The notes: generated by a model not told the origin, from the letters alone. Positions 1-10,605 are shown, counted from the first letter of the stretch. The stretch: 64,000 nt of DNA from Candidatus Latescibacterota bacterium (GCA_965237675.1 OZ250150.1:1376001-1440000), one strand, 5' to 3'. Made by a program: numbers and translations.

Positions 1-667
1 GTCGTGAGATACCGCGCAGGATATCGTGGGGCCTGGGGGTAAGGACTTCGCCATTGAGGACGATAAAAAAGTTGTTGCCGGTGCCTTCGGTGATGAATCC
101 ATGTTCGTCGGTGAGGAGGGCGTTGGCCCCGTTTTCCATGCGTTGCGCCTGCAGATTGGCAAGCTGATAGTAGATGCGGCTGCGGTTTTTTGCTTTGGGG
201 TCTATGTAGCGGGCGGGTACGGACTGCTGGGGCGTGACCACAAAATGGGCGCCCTGATCGTAATAGTGCGCCGTGCCCCCGATGTGCCGCACGAGTGGGA
301 TGACATTGATGGTAACGATCGGACGCAGCCCTTCCCGGACGAGCGTGTCGTACAGGGGAAGGGCCCCCCGGGTGACGTTGTGCATGATCTGGTAGTCCAG
401 GCCTTCCAACGCGGGCAGATTCCGTTCTATGATCTCCCCGGTGGCGGCTTCCATCTCTTCAATACTCAGGCCGCAATCGATTTCGGCGTATTTCATGGAC
501 GCGTAAAGCCGGTCCAGGTGGTTGCGCAGGCGGTAGGGTTTTTGCTTGAATGAGCGGGTCATTTCAAATACCATGTCTCCGAACATGAGGGCCGAGTCGA
601 ATATGGAGATGCGGGCGTCGCGTTCGGATACATAGCTGCCGTTGAAGTAGACGAGGCGCTGAGGCAT
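1..667 (-). CDS. Aminotransferase class IV (branched-chain/D-amino acid aminotransferase-like), runs off window start
   Basis: Not in ORF track. Manual minus-strand translation from ATG at 667 (RBS GAGAGG): MPQRLVYFNGSYVSERDARISIFDSALMFGDMVFEMTRSF...RLRNHLDRL, a typical class IV PLP N-terminus. Confidence 0.85.
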   Translation of the reverse strand, partial: MPQRLVYFNGSYVSERDARISIFDSALMFGDMVFEMTRSFKQKPYRLRNHLDRLYASMKYAEIDCGLSIEEMEAATGEIIERNLPALEGLDYQIMHNVTRGALPLYDTLVREGLRPIVTINVIPLVRHIGGTAHYYDQGAHFVVTPQQSVPARYIDPKAKNRSRIYYQLANLQAQRMENGANALLTDEHGFITEGTGNNFFIVLNGEVLTPRPHDILRGISR

Positions 668-907
668 GGGAACACCTCTCAGTAAGGGTTTGGAAAGCGG
701 TAAGAGGCGAGAGGTAAAACGGGAGAGGGGTTGGTGACCCCATAGTCTGAATGAGAGGGGGCTGTCCGCCTAACGTTGCCCGCTAATTGCCGACCGCTGC
801 TTTTTATATATACAATCAAATTTTGTGAAATTCAAGCTTTGTTACCCGGTGGAGCTTTTGGGTTGGCGGGGCAGCCTATCGTGGCGGTTGCGGCAAGGAG
901 TATACCA

Positions 908-2164
908 ATGAAGATCACGGACATTGAGGTGATACCGCTTCGGGTTCCTTACGAGGCGCGAATCCGGAAGGCGTACCATCACTTCGCAATGCTGGAGGAG
1001 GTGACGGTTTACAAATTTCACACGGATACGGGACTTGTGGGGCTGGGTGAAAATGCGGGACCGCCGTTGGTACGGGAGGCGTTGGATGCTTATATCGGGA
1101 CGGATCCGTTCGATCACGTCATGGGTCGGGGGCGTTTCAATCTTGACATGGCGTGTTACGATCTCATGGGCAAGCACCTGGGCGTCCCCGCGTGGAAGCT
1201 GATGGGGCAACAGGCGCGCCAATGGGTGCCCATGGGGTGGTGGATGCCGAGCATGTCGCCGGAGGACACGGCGGCGGAAGTCCAGGTGGCGGCGGGTCGC
1301 GGGTACCGTGGATTGAAGTGCAAGGCGCGCGCGTTTTACGACGTGGTGGAATGCGCCCAGGCGATTCAGGAGGTGGCGCCGCCCGATTTCCGTGTGGAAT
1401 TCGATTTCAACGGCGCGCTGATCTGCGTGGAAAAAGCGTTGCCCGTGCTGAGGGCGCTGGAGAAAATTTCAGTGGTAAAGGGCGTCGAGGAGCCGATCTT
1501 CGCATACGATATTGAAGGATGGCGCAGGCTGCACCGGGAGATCCGCATACCGTTTTATCTGCACGGCGTGCGCGTGCTGTCCGAGGCGGCCTCCCGGCAG
1601 CCGTCCGGGCCGTGGACAGGGCTTCGGGCCGGCGACTTTGAAGGCGCGTTATGCAGCCACGAGTGCGTCCAGGATGCGCTGGCGGCAGGGTGGACGTTCG
1701 CCGCGGCGAATACCCCGATCCTGCTGCAATACGTGGGAACGGGTATTACGACGGCGTTTGCGCTTCAACTGGGCGCGGTGATGCCCACGGCGACATTGCC
1801 GGGGGTGACGGTAAGCCATTCCAATGAAGACGATCTGATCGAGAACACGCATCCGATCCAGCGCGGTTTCATGAAGGTCCCGGAGGCGCCCGGCCTGGGC
1901 GTGACCCTGGATGAAGAGGCCGTGGCGAGGTACCGGGAGACGCCCGCGCCGGAATGGCGCCGGCATCTATCGGTGGTGACGTTTCCAGGCGGCGTAAAGC
2001 ACTATTATCGAAATCTGCAACAGGCCGAGCGGCTGATGAAGCAGGGTGTGGACGAGTCCTTCGCGCCCGGTGTGCGGCTGGATGAGTGGGAGGACGACGG
2101 CAGCGAGGGGTTCGACGGCCTGTGGAGGCGGCTGCAGGCTCAGGATTGGCCGGTATGGGACTAA
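908..2164 (+). CDS. Mandelate racemase/muconate lactonizing enzyme (enolase superfamily)
   Basis: MKITDIEVIPL start after AAGGAG; TDTGLVGLGE, DMACYDLMGK, KCK, DFN, EEP and PGLGV motifs. Confidence 0.85.
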   Translation: MKITDIEVIPLRVPYEARIRKAYHHFAMLEEVTVYKFHTDTGLVGLGENAGPPLVREALDAYIGTDPFDHVMGRGRFNLDMACYDLMGKHLGVPAWKLMGQQARQWVPMGWWMPSMSPEDTAAEVQVAAGRGYRGLKCKARAFYDVVECAQAIQEVAPPDFRVEFDFNGALICVEKALPVLRALEKISVVKGVEEPIFAYDIEGWRRLHREIRIPFYLHGVRVLSEAASRQPSGPWTGLRAGDFEGALCSHECVQDALAAGWTFAAANTPILLQYVGTGITTAFALQLGAVMPTATLPGVTVSHSNEDDLIENTHPIQRGFMKVPEAPGLGVTLDEEAVARYRETPAPEWRRHLSVVTFPGGVKHYYRNLQQAERLMKQGVDESFAPGVRLDEWEDDGSEGFDGLWRRLQAQDWPVWD

Positions 2165-2273
2165 ATGTAGAAGAGATGGAGAAGCAGCCACAATCGGTCT
2201 GGAAGGAAGATCGCCTTCCCAGGCGTCGGGAAGGCTTCCGATTGGGGTCTCATTCGGAGAGAGGCGTGGATAG

Positions 2274-3236
2274 ATGAGAGCGGCTAGATTGGTGGCGCCC
2301 CGGCGGTGGGAACTGGCCGAGGTGGAAGCACCCCGGGGGACAGAGGAGATGATGCTGGTGCGCCTGGAGCGGGTGGGGATTTGCGGGACGGACAGACCGG
2401 CGTTCTATGGTGTAGGCGCTTCGTATCCGATGGCGTTGGGGGAGACGGGCCATGAAGGTCTCGGCATTGTCGAGGCGTGTTCTTCAGGCGCCTTCAATGC
2501 CGGCGATCGCGTGCTGCTTTGGGGGTTCGACCGGGGTCTGTTCCAGGAATACGTGCTGGCCGATCCCGCAGAATGCGTGAAACTGCCGATAGACCTGGCG
2601 CCGGAGGTGGCGCTGATGAGCCAGTTGTTGGGAACGGTGATTCACTGTTTCTACAAGCTGGGAAATGTGATTAACAGGAAGGTGCTGGTGATGGGGCAGG
2701 GGCCGGTGGGACAACTGTTCAACGCGACGTTACGAAACCTGGGCGCAAGGGATATTATCGGGGTGGATCCGCTTCCCCACCGGCTGGAGGTGTCGCCGAA
2801 GATGGGGGCGACCCATACCATCAACCCGGAGACGTGCGATCTGGCGGAGGCGGTGTCGGAGATTACCGGCGGGGAGATGGTGGACCTGGCGGTGGAGGCA
2901 GTGGGCAGGGAGGCGACGTTCAACCTGTGCGGCGATCTGTTGAGCCGGGACGGCACGCTGGTTTACTTCGGTGTGCCGAACAAGGAGAATGCGGAGGGGC
3001 GGATGACGCTGGCGTTCCTGGAAATGTTCAGAAAGGAACTGCAAATCGTGACGTCCGTGGGACCGAATCCGGGCACGGACTATACGATCGCGCTGGACTG
3101 GATCAGGCAAGGCCGATTGGATGTGCGTCCGATTCTGACACACCTGTTGCCGTTTGAGAAAATTCAGGACGCGTTCGATCTGGCATTCGAACATCCCGAA
3201 ACGGAAGGTGCGGTTAAGGTGGTTCTGGCATTTTGA
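2274..3236 (+). CDS. Zinc-dependent alcohol dehydrogenase (MDR family)
   Basis: GICGTD, GHEGLG, GQGPVG Rossmann motif, KVVL end. Confidence 0.9.
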   Translation: MRAARLVAPRRWELAEVEAPRGTEEMMLVRLERVGICGTDRPAFYGVGASYPMALGETGHEGLGIVEACSSGAFNAGDRVLLWGFDRGLFQEYVLADPAECVKLPIDLAPEVALMSQLLGTVIHCFYKLGNVINRKVLVMGQGPVGQLFNATLRNLGARDIIGVDPLPHRLEVSPKMGATHTINPETCDLAEAVSEITGGEMVDLAVEAVGREATFNLCGDLLSRDGTLVYFGVPNKENAEGRMTLAFLEMFRKELQIVTSVGPNPGTDYTIALDWIRQGRLDVRPILTHLLPFEKIQDAFDLAFEHPETEGAVKVVLAF

Positions 3237-3352
3237 CGGCGCCAGTCGTCACCCGGCGGGACGAAGGGTTGCGATCCGGCGAGGGGCAGATGGGAAGCAC
3301 GTTCGTCAATGAATCGCGCTGCCGAAAGACAAAACCGGAGTGTTGGCTGGCG

Positions 3353-4897
3353 ATGCGCTGGATACTTACCGGTTTGTTGCTCTGGTCGCCGCCAGGGCAT
3401 GCCGAGGAGACACACGTAATGCGAATGACAACAACGGTTGATTTCGGGAAGGACGTCGGGCAGAACTGGGGCTCTCTGTTTGAGGCCCGCGACAAAGAAG
3501 GCCGTGTGGTTCTGGGGGCGGGCTTTGTGGGGGACTACAACACCGCGTTCAGGATGGATCGGTTTACGTTGCAGTTCTTCCTGCGCGACGACGAGGCAGA
3601 GGAGGGGTTCGAGACCCTGCCGCCGTCCACGGAGGATGGAGGGAGTTATCTGTTCGATCTGGATGGCCGGGTGTACTCGTGCAGCTATCACCAGGACCGG
3701 ACTGCACGATGGTGGGACGACGAGGCGCGGGCGTGGCAGGTGGACGAGAGCTTCGGCGTGGGTGAAACCGTGGCCGGCGACGGAAAGATGCGGGTTGCCG
3801 GGAAGATATTCCAGTTCAAGGGGGGCGAAGCCTGGTACGACGGCGAGCGGATCCTGGAAGAGCCCGCGTCGGGGTATTTTCACCATTTCTATTACGCCCT
3901 GGGTTACCTGACGTTTTTCCACAAAGACGACGAGTCGGATTCACCGTATACCAGGCTGTACGCGGCGCCCTGGACGCCGGGAAGTGCATCTGTCGACCTG
4001 GAAAATGCGGTGACGCTGGATCTGAAGTATCCCCAGGAGACGCCGTTCTCCATTGGGCAACTCGGAGATGAGATCGTGAACTCGTCCAATATGGGGGGTG
4101 TATACGTATTTGACGGGTCCAGGTGGAAGGTGGTGCGCGCATCGCTGGCGGGAGTGAGTTTTCAGCTCTATTCGATGTTGAACTGGTACGACGAGTTGCT
4201 GATCGCACAGTACCCGACGGGAAATCTGTTCAGTTACGACGGCAAGGAGCTTCGCCACCTGAAAGACTCGCCGCCCGTAATGCCGGGCGTGTCCGGCAGT
4301 GCGCGCGAGGCGCAGACAACGGCGATTTATGGAGGGAACCTCTATGTGGGGGTATGGCCCTGGTCCGAGTTGTGGCGGTACGATGCCCACGGAAACGCGT
4401 GGCATTTTGTGAAGCGGATGTTCCGGACACCGGCGATTACGGATGAGATGACGCATCCCTGGGAGGATCGGCTGGTCGCGTACAACGAGGAACATGGTAC
4501 CGACCTGGTGATCAACGATTGGGGACAGCGCGTGACCGGCCTGACGCCGATGGGAGATGCGCTTTATCTCTCAGTAAGCGCCAAGGGTTGCCCGGTGCGG
4601 GACATGCGGCACTCGTTCCTGCACGATGACGAGGTGTGGAACCAGTACCGCAGGGTCTACCGGGTGCGAAAACCCGGCAGCGTTTCCGTGCCCGTCGCAT
4701 GGACGGGAGAACCTACGACGCTGGTGTTTACCATAGGCACGGAAGCGATCAGCATCGCACAGGACGGACGGATTCTGGGTTCGGCGCCGATCCGCCCCGG
4801 ACGGGCGGAGGCGGCGGCAAAGCACGCGGGTATTCAATGGGGTCAGGGCATGTTCGGACCCCTTCGGGCGGAAATGCGGTCAAATGCGGTGGAGTGA
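3353..4897 (+). CDS. Secreted hypothetical protein, probable beta-propeller
   Basis: Long ORF; signal-peptide-like MRWILTGLLLWSPPGHA; repeated GxLY/V-x-Y/F-DG motifs; start uncertain. Confidence 0.6.
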   Translation: MRWILTGLLLWSPPGHAEETHVMRMTTTVDFGKDVGQNWGSLFEARDKEGRVVLGAGFVGDYNTAFRMDRFTLQFFLRDDEAEEGFETLPPSTEDGGSYLFDLDGRVYSCSYHQDRTARWWDDEARAWQVDESFGVGETVAGDGKMRVAGKIFQFKGGEAWYDGERILEEPASGYFHHFYYALGYLTFFHKDDESDSPYTRLYAAPWTPGSASVDLENAVTLDLKYPQETPFSIGQLGDEIVNSSNMGGVYVFDGSRWKVVRASLAGVSFQLYSMLNWYDELLIAQYPTGNLFSYDGKELRHLKDSPPVMPGVSGSAREAQTTAIYGGNLYVGVWPWSELWRYDAHGNAWHFVKRMFRTPAITDEMTHPWEDRLVAYNEEHGTDLVINDWGQRVTGLTPMGDALYLSVSAKGCPVRDMRHSFLHDDEVWNQYRRVYRVRKPGSVSVPVAWTGEPTTLVFTIGTEAISIAQDGRILGSAPIRPGRAEAAAKHAGIQWGQGMFGPLRAEMRSNAVE

Positions 4898-4922
4898 CAC
4901 CCACCATCACGAGGATCGGAAA

Positions 4923-5978
4923 ATGGCAGATCGATATCGGACGGCGTTGATCGGTTGCGGGCGGATGGGGGCGACGATCGACGACGAGGTGCGGGACCAT
5001 CAAAACTCTCATCTCTGGATTCCGTACTCTCATGCCGCGGCGGCCGTGGCGTGTGAGCGGACGGAACTCGTGGCGGTTTCGGACGTGGTGGCTGAGAAGG
5101 CGGAGTCGATTCGGGACCGGTACGGAGTTCCGGTCTGCTACACCGACTATCGGGAGATGATCGATAAAGAGAAACCGGACATCGTGTGTATCGCCACACG
5201 CCCCGCGACCCACGCGGAGATGACGGTATTTGCGGCCGAACATGGCGTAAAGGGGATTTATTGCGAAAAGCCGCTCTGCTGTTCAATGCAAGAGGCGGAC
5301 GCGATGGTGTCAGCGGTTGAGAAGAATTGTGTGAAGTTCAACTACGGCACCCAGCGGCGATATATCCCGGTTTACCGAAAAATGAGGGAGCTTGCCGATG
5401 CGGGCGATCTGGGTGCGGTACAGGCCGTTATCGTGCAGCAGGGCGTGACGGCCGCGTTGTGGGGACTGACTCACGGTGCGGACATGATGCTGTTCCTGGC
5501 GGGAGACTGCAAGATCGATTTCGTGCAGGGCACCATTGTGTGTGAGGATAGGGATTGGGACGACAACCGTTTGAACGTGGATCCGGGTGTGGCCAGCGGT
5601 TACGTTCGGTTTCAAAACGGCGTTCACGGATATACGACCGCGGGCAGCGGCGCGGAGTTCGAGCTTTGTGGTTCGTCGGGAAAGTTGAGGACGTTCGACA
5701 ACGGAATGACCTGTCAGTTCCGGAAGGCCTGCGGGGTGGGGCATATGCTGGAAGAACGGCCGTTTCCCACGGTCCCGATGCAGAGCGGCACGGTGAACGG
5801 GCTGAGGGATATCGCCGAGGCCCTGGATACGGGTCGGGAGACAGCGGGGCCGGTTCAACTGGCGCGACGCAGCCAGGAAATGGTGATGGGGTTTATCGAG
5901 TCCCATAGGCTGGGCGGCGTGCGGGTGCGTTTGCCAATGAAGAATCGAGGCCTTTACGTGGGGCGGCAGGGTTGGTAG
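4923..5978 (+). CDS. Gfo/Idh/MocA family oxidoreductase
   Basis: ALIGCGRMG, PDIVCIAT, CEKPL motifs. Confidence 0.9.
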   Translation: MADRYRTALIGCGRMGATIDDEVRDHQNSHLWIPYSHAAAAVACERTELVAVSDVVAEKAESIRDRYGVPVCYTDYREMIDKEKPDIVCIATRPATHAEMTVFAAEHGVKGIYCEKPLCCSMQEADAMVSAVEKNCVKFNYGTQRRYIPVYRKMRELADAGDLGAVQAVIVQQGVTAALWGLTHGADMMLFLAGDCKIDFVQGTIVCEDRDWDDNRLNVDPGVASGYVRFQNGVHGYTTAGSGAEFELCGSSGKLRTFDNGMTCQFRKACGVGHMLEERPFPTVPMQSGTVNGLRDIAEALDTGRETAGPVQLARRSQEMVMGFIESHRLGGVRVRLPMKNRGLYVGRQGW

Positions 5979-5981
5979 AAA

Positions 5982-6016
5982 ATCAGCCTTTAGCTATCAG
6001 CTGTCAGCCGTCAGCC
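5982..6016 (+). repeat. Heptamer (NNTCAGC)n tandem repeat; further copies at ~14272-14294, 26108-26165/26298-26323 and 42310-42334
   Basis: aatcagc ctttagc tatcagc tgtcagc cgtcagc directly after the stop codon. Confidence 0.7.
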
Positions 6017-6109
6017 AAGACCGATTCGCGTAACGGCATCGCGACGTCAATCCGCGATATCCGCGCCTGAACGTCAAGCGTTTCATTGTCTTGGACCTCG
6101 CGCAAATCT

Positions 6110-6370
6110 ATCACGCGGACGGTTGCGGTGTTGGGGGTTTTTCCGTGCTATTCCGTCCAGCAACGTAGCTTGGGATGGCCTGCCCCGGTAAAAGGGCAAC
6201 CAATTCCCATTTACGGCACTGAGGTGGTTCACGGAAAAACCGGCCCCGCGCCGAGCGGCGCCCTTCTTTTTCGCCCTTTTTCTTGGGCGAAGCAAGAAAA
6301 AGGGCAAGGGAATAGGGGACGTTAGGGAGTGGGGAAGATTATGAAGCACGTGTAGCAAAACACAGGTATT
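6110..6370. repeat. Structured non-coding dispersed element, copy A (copy B at ~21125-21390)
   Basis: Colinear homology with copy B; stems 6137-6147/6230-6240 and 6273-6285/6293-6305. Confidence 0.75.
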
Positions 6371-6518
6371 TCGACGCACTAATCACACAAGACAGATGTT
6401 TCAACAAGCGCCCCTCACAAAACGTCCCGCGCCAAGTATTCTTCGTGGCGAGGCTTTTTTCTTTGCGGAGGGAAGTTCGAAACGTATTAGCCGCGGTTTT
6501 AAACTGTGAAATCAGGAG

Positions 6519-7505
6519 ATGTTCATGCCGGAATATGAATGGATTTGCGTTAACGAACAGGCGGCGTTTGCAGGGCGGGACGGCGCGGGCGCGCTGGTGT
6601 TTCAGGACAAAATGTGGCTGCTGGGCGGATGGAATCCAGGTGACAAGGTCAATTTTCCGCGTATCTGCAACAGCGAAGTGTGGTGTTCCGCGGACGGGGA
6701 ACTCTGGATCGAGGTGAACGAGGAGGCGCCCTGGGAGGGGCGGCATACAGCGGGCTACGCCGTTCATGATGGCCGGATGTGGATCGTGGGAGGAGATTGC
6801 AACCAGGGTCACTATCAGAACGACGTGTGGCGCAGCGGGGACGGGACGGATTGGGAATTGGTGTGCGACCCGGTCCCCTGGGGACCGAGAGTACTGCATT
6901 ATACTGCGGTTCACGACGGCAGAATCTGGGTGATGGGCGGCCAGACCATCCCCCAATTCGCGGATGAAGAGGAGGTCTTTTTCAACGACGTATGGAATTC
7001 GGCCGATGGCCGGACCTGGATCCGGGTCGTCGAAGACGCGCCCTGGGAGGCGAGGGGTATGATTGGCGGCAGCGCCGTTTTTCAGGACCGGATATGGATT
7101 CTGGGCGGCGGGACGTACGATACCCCCCGGATCGATCGCCGATTGATGTATAACGATGTCTGGAGTACCGGCGACGGCGCAAACTGGGACTTGCATACTC
7201 CGGCGGCGCCCTGGAAACCGCGCCAGTACCACGACGTTGCGGTGTGGGACAACAATCTGTGGGTGATGGAAGGCTGCTATCACGAGGCGGCCCATCGTTC
7301 GATGGAGGAGGCAACCGGCAGCTGGAACCGGAACGACGTTTGGTACAGCCCGGACGGGGTGAACTGGTCCGAACTTCCGGATACGCCGTGGGCTCCGCGC
7401 CACGCCGCCAGTGTATTCGTCTATGCCGACGCGCTCTGGATGGTGGCGGGCAACAACATGTTTCCGGATGTCTGGAAGCTGGTTCGCAAGGATGACGCGC
7501 AATAG
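6519..7505 (+). CDS. Kelch-repeat beta-propeller protein
   Basis: Six repeats of W(L/I/V)xGG...NDVWxSxDGxxW...APW. Confidence 0.85.
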   Translation: MFMPEYEWICVNEQAAFAGRDGAGALVFQDKMWLLGGWNPGDKVNFPRICNSEVWCSADGELWIEVNEEAPWEGRHTAGYAVHDGRMWIVGGDCNQGHYQNDVWRSGDGTDWELVCDPVPWGPRVLHYTAVHDGRIWVMGGQTIPQFADEEEVFFNDVWNSADGRTWIRVVEDAPWEARGMIGGSAVFQDRIWILGGGTYDTPRIDRRLMYNDVWSTGDGANWDLHTPAAPWKPRQYHDVAVWDNNLWVMEGCYHEAAHRSMEEATGSWNRNDVWYSPDGVNWSELPDTPWAPRHAASVFVYADALWMVAGNNMFPDVWKLVRKDDAQ

Positions 7506-7607
7506 TGGAGAATGCATCCACTTCAAAGAGTGTTACCCATGTACCCGAACACCTGTTACCCGTACTACCGGCCTATACAGTACGCAGAGAAGAAAGGACG
7601 GTGTGGA

Positions 7608-10325
7608 ATGGATGGGATCGGCCTTTTGGTGTTGGTGGTCTTCTGCTTGATTGTCCTGGGCTGGGCGAGATCGGTCCTGGCGGAGACGACGCACCCGGTC
7701 TATCCGGTTGATGCGTCGGCGAAACGAGTGGCCGCGTTGAAGCGCGTGGTTTCCAGGGTGATGGCGATGTCCGAAGACGAGATGGTGGCTCTGGTTCCGG
7801 ACAGGACGGGCTTTCGTTTCATGGGATGCCCGAACTGCGACGAGGGGACGCAGGAGGGGCAGTTGCGATGGTCGATATCCGATCCGCATCGGGTGAAATG
7901 TCGATTCTGCGACATGGTCTTTCCGAATGATCGGTATCCCGAGGATCGGGTGATGAATGTAGTGAATCCGGTGGGCGTGGAGGTGGAGTATCCCTACTGG
8001 GAGGACGCGACCGGGTACAGGTACCTGTTTTCGGCCAGGGGATGGCGTGAGGCGCGATCGTATTTTTCGAGTACCGCGCAGCGGTTCGGCGATCTGTACC
8101 AGATGACGGGCGAGCGGGCGTATGCGCGGCGTGCCGCGTTGATTCTGGACGCATTCGCACGGTACTACCCCGGATTCCTCGTGAGCCGCGATTGGCCCCA
8201 CAGACCCAAGGGATTCGCAACCGAGCCGCCGTATCCCAATGGCGGCGGAAAATGGGGGCGGTGGCGCCACGACGAAATGCCGACAAACCTGGTGTACGCG
8301 TACGATTCGATCTACGGTAGCGGCGAGCTGGAGCGGCTCTCGGCAGAGGTGGGGGCGGACGTGAAGGCGCGTATCGAGAACGATTTCTTCCGCGGCGCCA
8401 TTCGACAGGACCGGTTTCACGAGACCGATTACGGCAATGCGGGGCCGCGAATATACGAAGGATACATTGTGATCGGATGGGTCCTGGCAGATCCCGGGCT
8501 GGTGCACGAAGGCGTAAGGCGAAGCCGGGAACTGTTCAGGCGGATGTTCTACGAAGACGGGTTCTGGATGGAGGGCAGTGTAGGTTATCATCAGATGACA
8601 ATGGGTGGAATGAACAGAGTTTTCCGTGCAGTTCGGGGCTATAGCGACCCGCCGGGCTATGTCCATCCGGTCGACGGGACCCGCCTGGACAACCTGGACC
8701 TTTCACGGGATATCCCTGTGATCGCCAGGGCGGAGCGAATCCTGGAAACCTGCCGGTATCCCGACGGGCGGCAGATAACGATGCACGACAACTGGGCGCA
8801 CTTCAGAAACCTGAAGGTACCCGATCGCTCGGTCTCGACATTGCTGGCGGGTGTCGGGCACGGGTGGCTGGGGCGTGGCATGGGCGACGAACAGGTGCAG
8901 CTTCACCTTCACTTTTCGGGTGGCTACGGGCACCAACACGCGGACAATCTGAACATGGGTCTGTTCGCCAAAGGCCGCGAACTGTTTCCGGACGTCGGGT
9001 ACACCCACACGCGACACCGTGTCTGGAGCACGAGCACGCTGTGTCACAATACGGTGGTGATCGATGAGCAGCGGCAGTATTCAGGTGGCAGACAAGGGCC
9101 TTCGGACGGGCGGCTGCTGGCCTTCGAACCGGGATTCGACGCGGTGAAGTGGGTCGAGGCGAGCGGGGAACGGGCGTATCCGGGGCTGGCACAGGTCTAC
9201 CGGCGGGCGCTGCTGCTGGTGAATGCCGGGGAATCGGATATTTATGTGGTGGACCTTTTTCGCGTGGTTGGCGGATCGCAGCACGACTGGGCGCTGCACG
9301 GAAGTGCGGATTCGGACGGAGAGGCGCGGGTGAGCGTTCCCCTCGCGCCATTTGGCGAGCACATGCTGCCCGGCGTGGACGTGCGGTTTCCCGCCGGAGA
9401 GTCGGACCGCGGCGACGCCCGGGGCAGGAATATCTCGTATGCGTATTTCCAGAATGTCTCTCGCGGCGAGGCGGAAGACAGTCTGGGGATCACGTTCAGC
9501 GTTGACGATTCGCCGGTGGCGGTGCGGACGCATCTTCCCGTGCAGGCGGGCGCCGAGGTTTTCGTCGGTGATGCCATATCGTTTCGGCGGGCGGAGGAGA
9601 ACGATGCGCTGCAGGATCGGTTTCGGATGCCGATCTTTTTGCTGCGCCGTAAGGGGCCGGCGCCTCTCTCGAGCCACTTCGCCGCGGTGCACGAGCCGTT
9701 CGACCGAGCGCCGTTTGTAGACGACGTGCGCGTGGAAGCGCTGGATGGAGACGCGGTGGGGATCAGTGTACGCCACCACGGTGTGGTCGACCATTTCGTG
9801 TACAGGGAAGGATCGGGGCACGAAGACGTCGCGATGGGTGATCTGTCGCTAACGGGCGAGGTCGGGTTCGTGAGGGAGCGTGACGGCCAGCCGGAAATGA
9901 TGGGGCTATGGGGCGGCACGCTGCTGAAATGGAAGCAGGCGGCGCTGGAAGGCAGCGGCGCGTATGAGGGGGAGGTGACCGGAACCCTGAGGCGGGATGC
10001 CGGCGCGGCTTCCGATGCGCTGGTCGTTACCGGCGAGTTGCCCGTGGGCGAGGAATTGAAGGGCGCGACCGCGATCGTGACGTTCGGCGACGGGTCAACG
10101 AGGGGTTGCAGGGTGAAAGCGGTGGCGCGCGAAGGAAGGGAGACGCGCCTGTTGCTGGACGCCGACCCGGGATTTGCGGTGGAAGGCGAGGGCATGCGGC
10201 ATCTGTTCTTTCCCCATCGTGAGATTCCCGGAAAGGTGCGCTTCCGTCTGCGTACGTCGGCTTTCGTCCGAATCGCGGATGGTTCACTCACGTCTATCGG
10301 CAAGGCGGAGTTTTCGGGATTTTAG
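7608..10325 (+). CDS. Heparinase II/III-like polysaccharide lyase with N-terminal CxxC...CxxC motif
   Basis: Signal-like N-terminus; EGSVGYH, GHQHADNL, DVGY and HNTVVID motifs. Confidence 0.8.
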   Translation: MDGIGLLVLVVFCLIVLGWARSVLAETTHPVYPVDASAKRVAALKRVVSRVMAMSEDEMVALVPDRTGFRFMGCPNCDEGTQEGQLRWSISDPHRVKCRFCDMVFPNDRYPEDRVMNVVNPVGVEVEYPYWEDATGYRYLFSARGWREARSYFSSTAQRFGDLYQMTGERAYARRAALILDAFARYYPGFLVSRDWPHRPKGFATEPPYPNGGGKWGRWRHDEMPTNLVYAYDSIYGSGELERLSAEVGADVKARIENDFFRGAIRQDRFHETDYGNAGPRIYEGYIVIGWVLADPGLVHEGVRRSRELFRRMFYEDGFWMEGSVGYHQMTMGGMNRVFRAVRGYSDPPGYVHPVDGTRLDNLDLSRDIPVIARAERILETCRYPDGRQITMHDNWAHFRNLKVPDRSVSTLLAGVGHGWLGRGMGDEQVQLHLHFSGGYGHQHADNLNMGLFAKGRELFPDVGYTHTRHRVWSTSTLCHNTVVIDEQRQYSGGRQGPSDGRLLAFEPGFDAVKWVEASGERAYPGLAQVYRRALLLVNAGESDIYVVDLFRVVGGSQHDWALHGSADSDGEARVSVPLAPFGEHMLPGVDVRFPAGESDRGDARGRNISYAYFQNVSRGEAEDSLGITFSVDDSPVAVRTHLPVQAGAEVFVGDAISFRRAEENDALQDRFRMPIFLLRRKGPAPLSSHFAAVHEPFDRAPFVDDVRVEALDGDAVGISVRHHGVVDHFVYREGSGHEDVAMGDLSLTGEVGFVRERDGQPEMMGLWGGTLLKWKQAALEGSGAYEGEVTGTLRRDAGAASDALVVTGELPVGEELKGATAIVTFGDGSTRGCRVKAVAREGRETRLLLDADPGFAVEGEGMRHLFFPHREIPGKVRFRLRTSAFVRIADGSLTSIGKAEFSGF

Positions 10326-10472
10326 CGTGAGGCCGTTCGCGTGGCCCTGCATTGCATAGAAATCTGCGAGGACTGATCATTCACCATCGAGCCTGTTGAG
10401 GAGATATGCCCTACGGCGCCGTTACAACGAACTGACGCGTAATTTCCAGGAGATAAACGTTTGTAGGATTTT

Positions 10473-10490
10473 CCTGTCCTATAGAACAGG
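10473..10490. promoter_or_regulatory. Candidate NarL/LuxR-type operator (7-4-7 inverted repeat)
   Basis: CCTGTCC-TATA-GAACAGG, ~115 bp upstream of the SDR that starts an operon ending in a NarL-type regulator. Confidence 0.4.
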
Positions 10491-10605
10491 TTCCAAACAC
10501 GCCTTCCGTTCGATGCGGGGGGCTATTTTTATAGCTAAATTTCAACCACGACAGGAGAATGGCGAATCATCACGGTTGGGGTCTCAAATTTAAAGGAGGT
10601 CGATT

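Noticed and set aside
26-553. Plus-strand 175-aa ORF
   Set aside because: Shadow of the minus-strand class IV aminotransferase.
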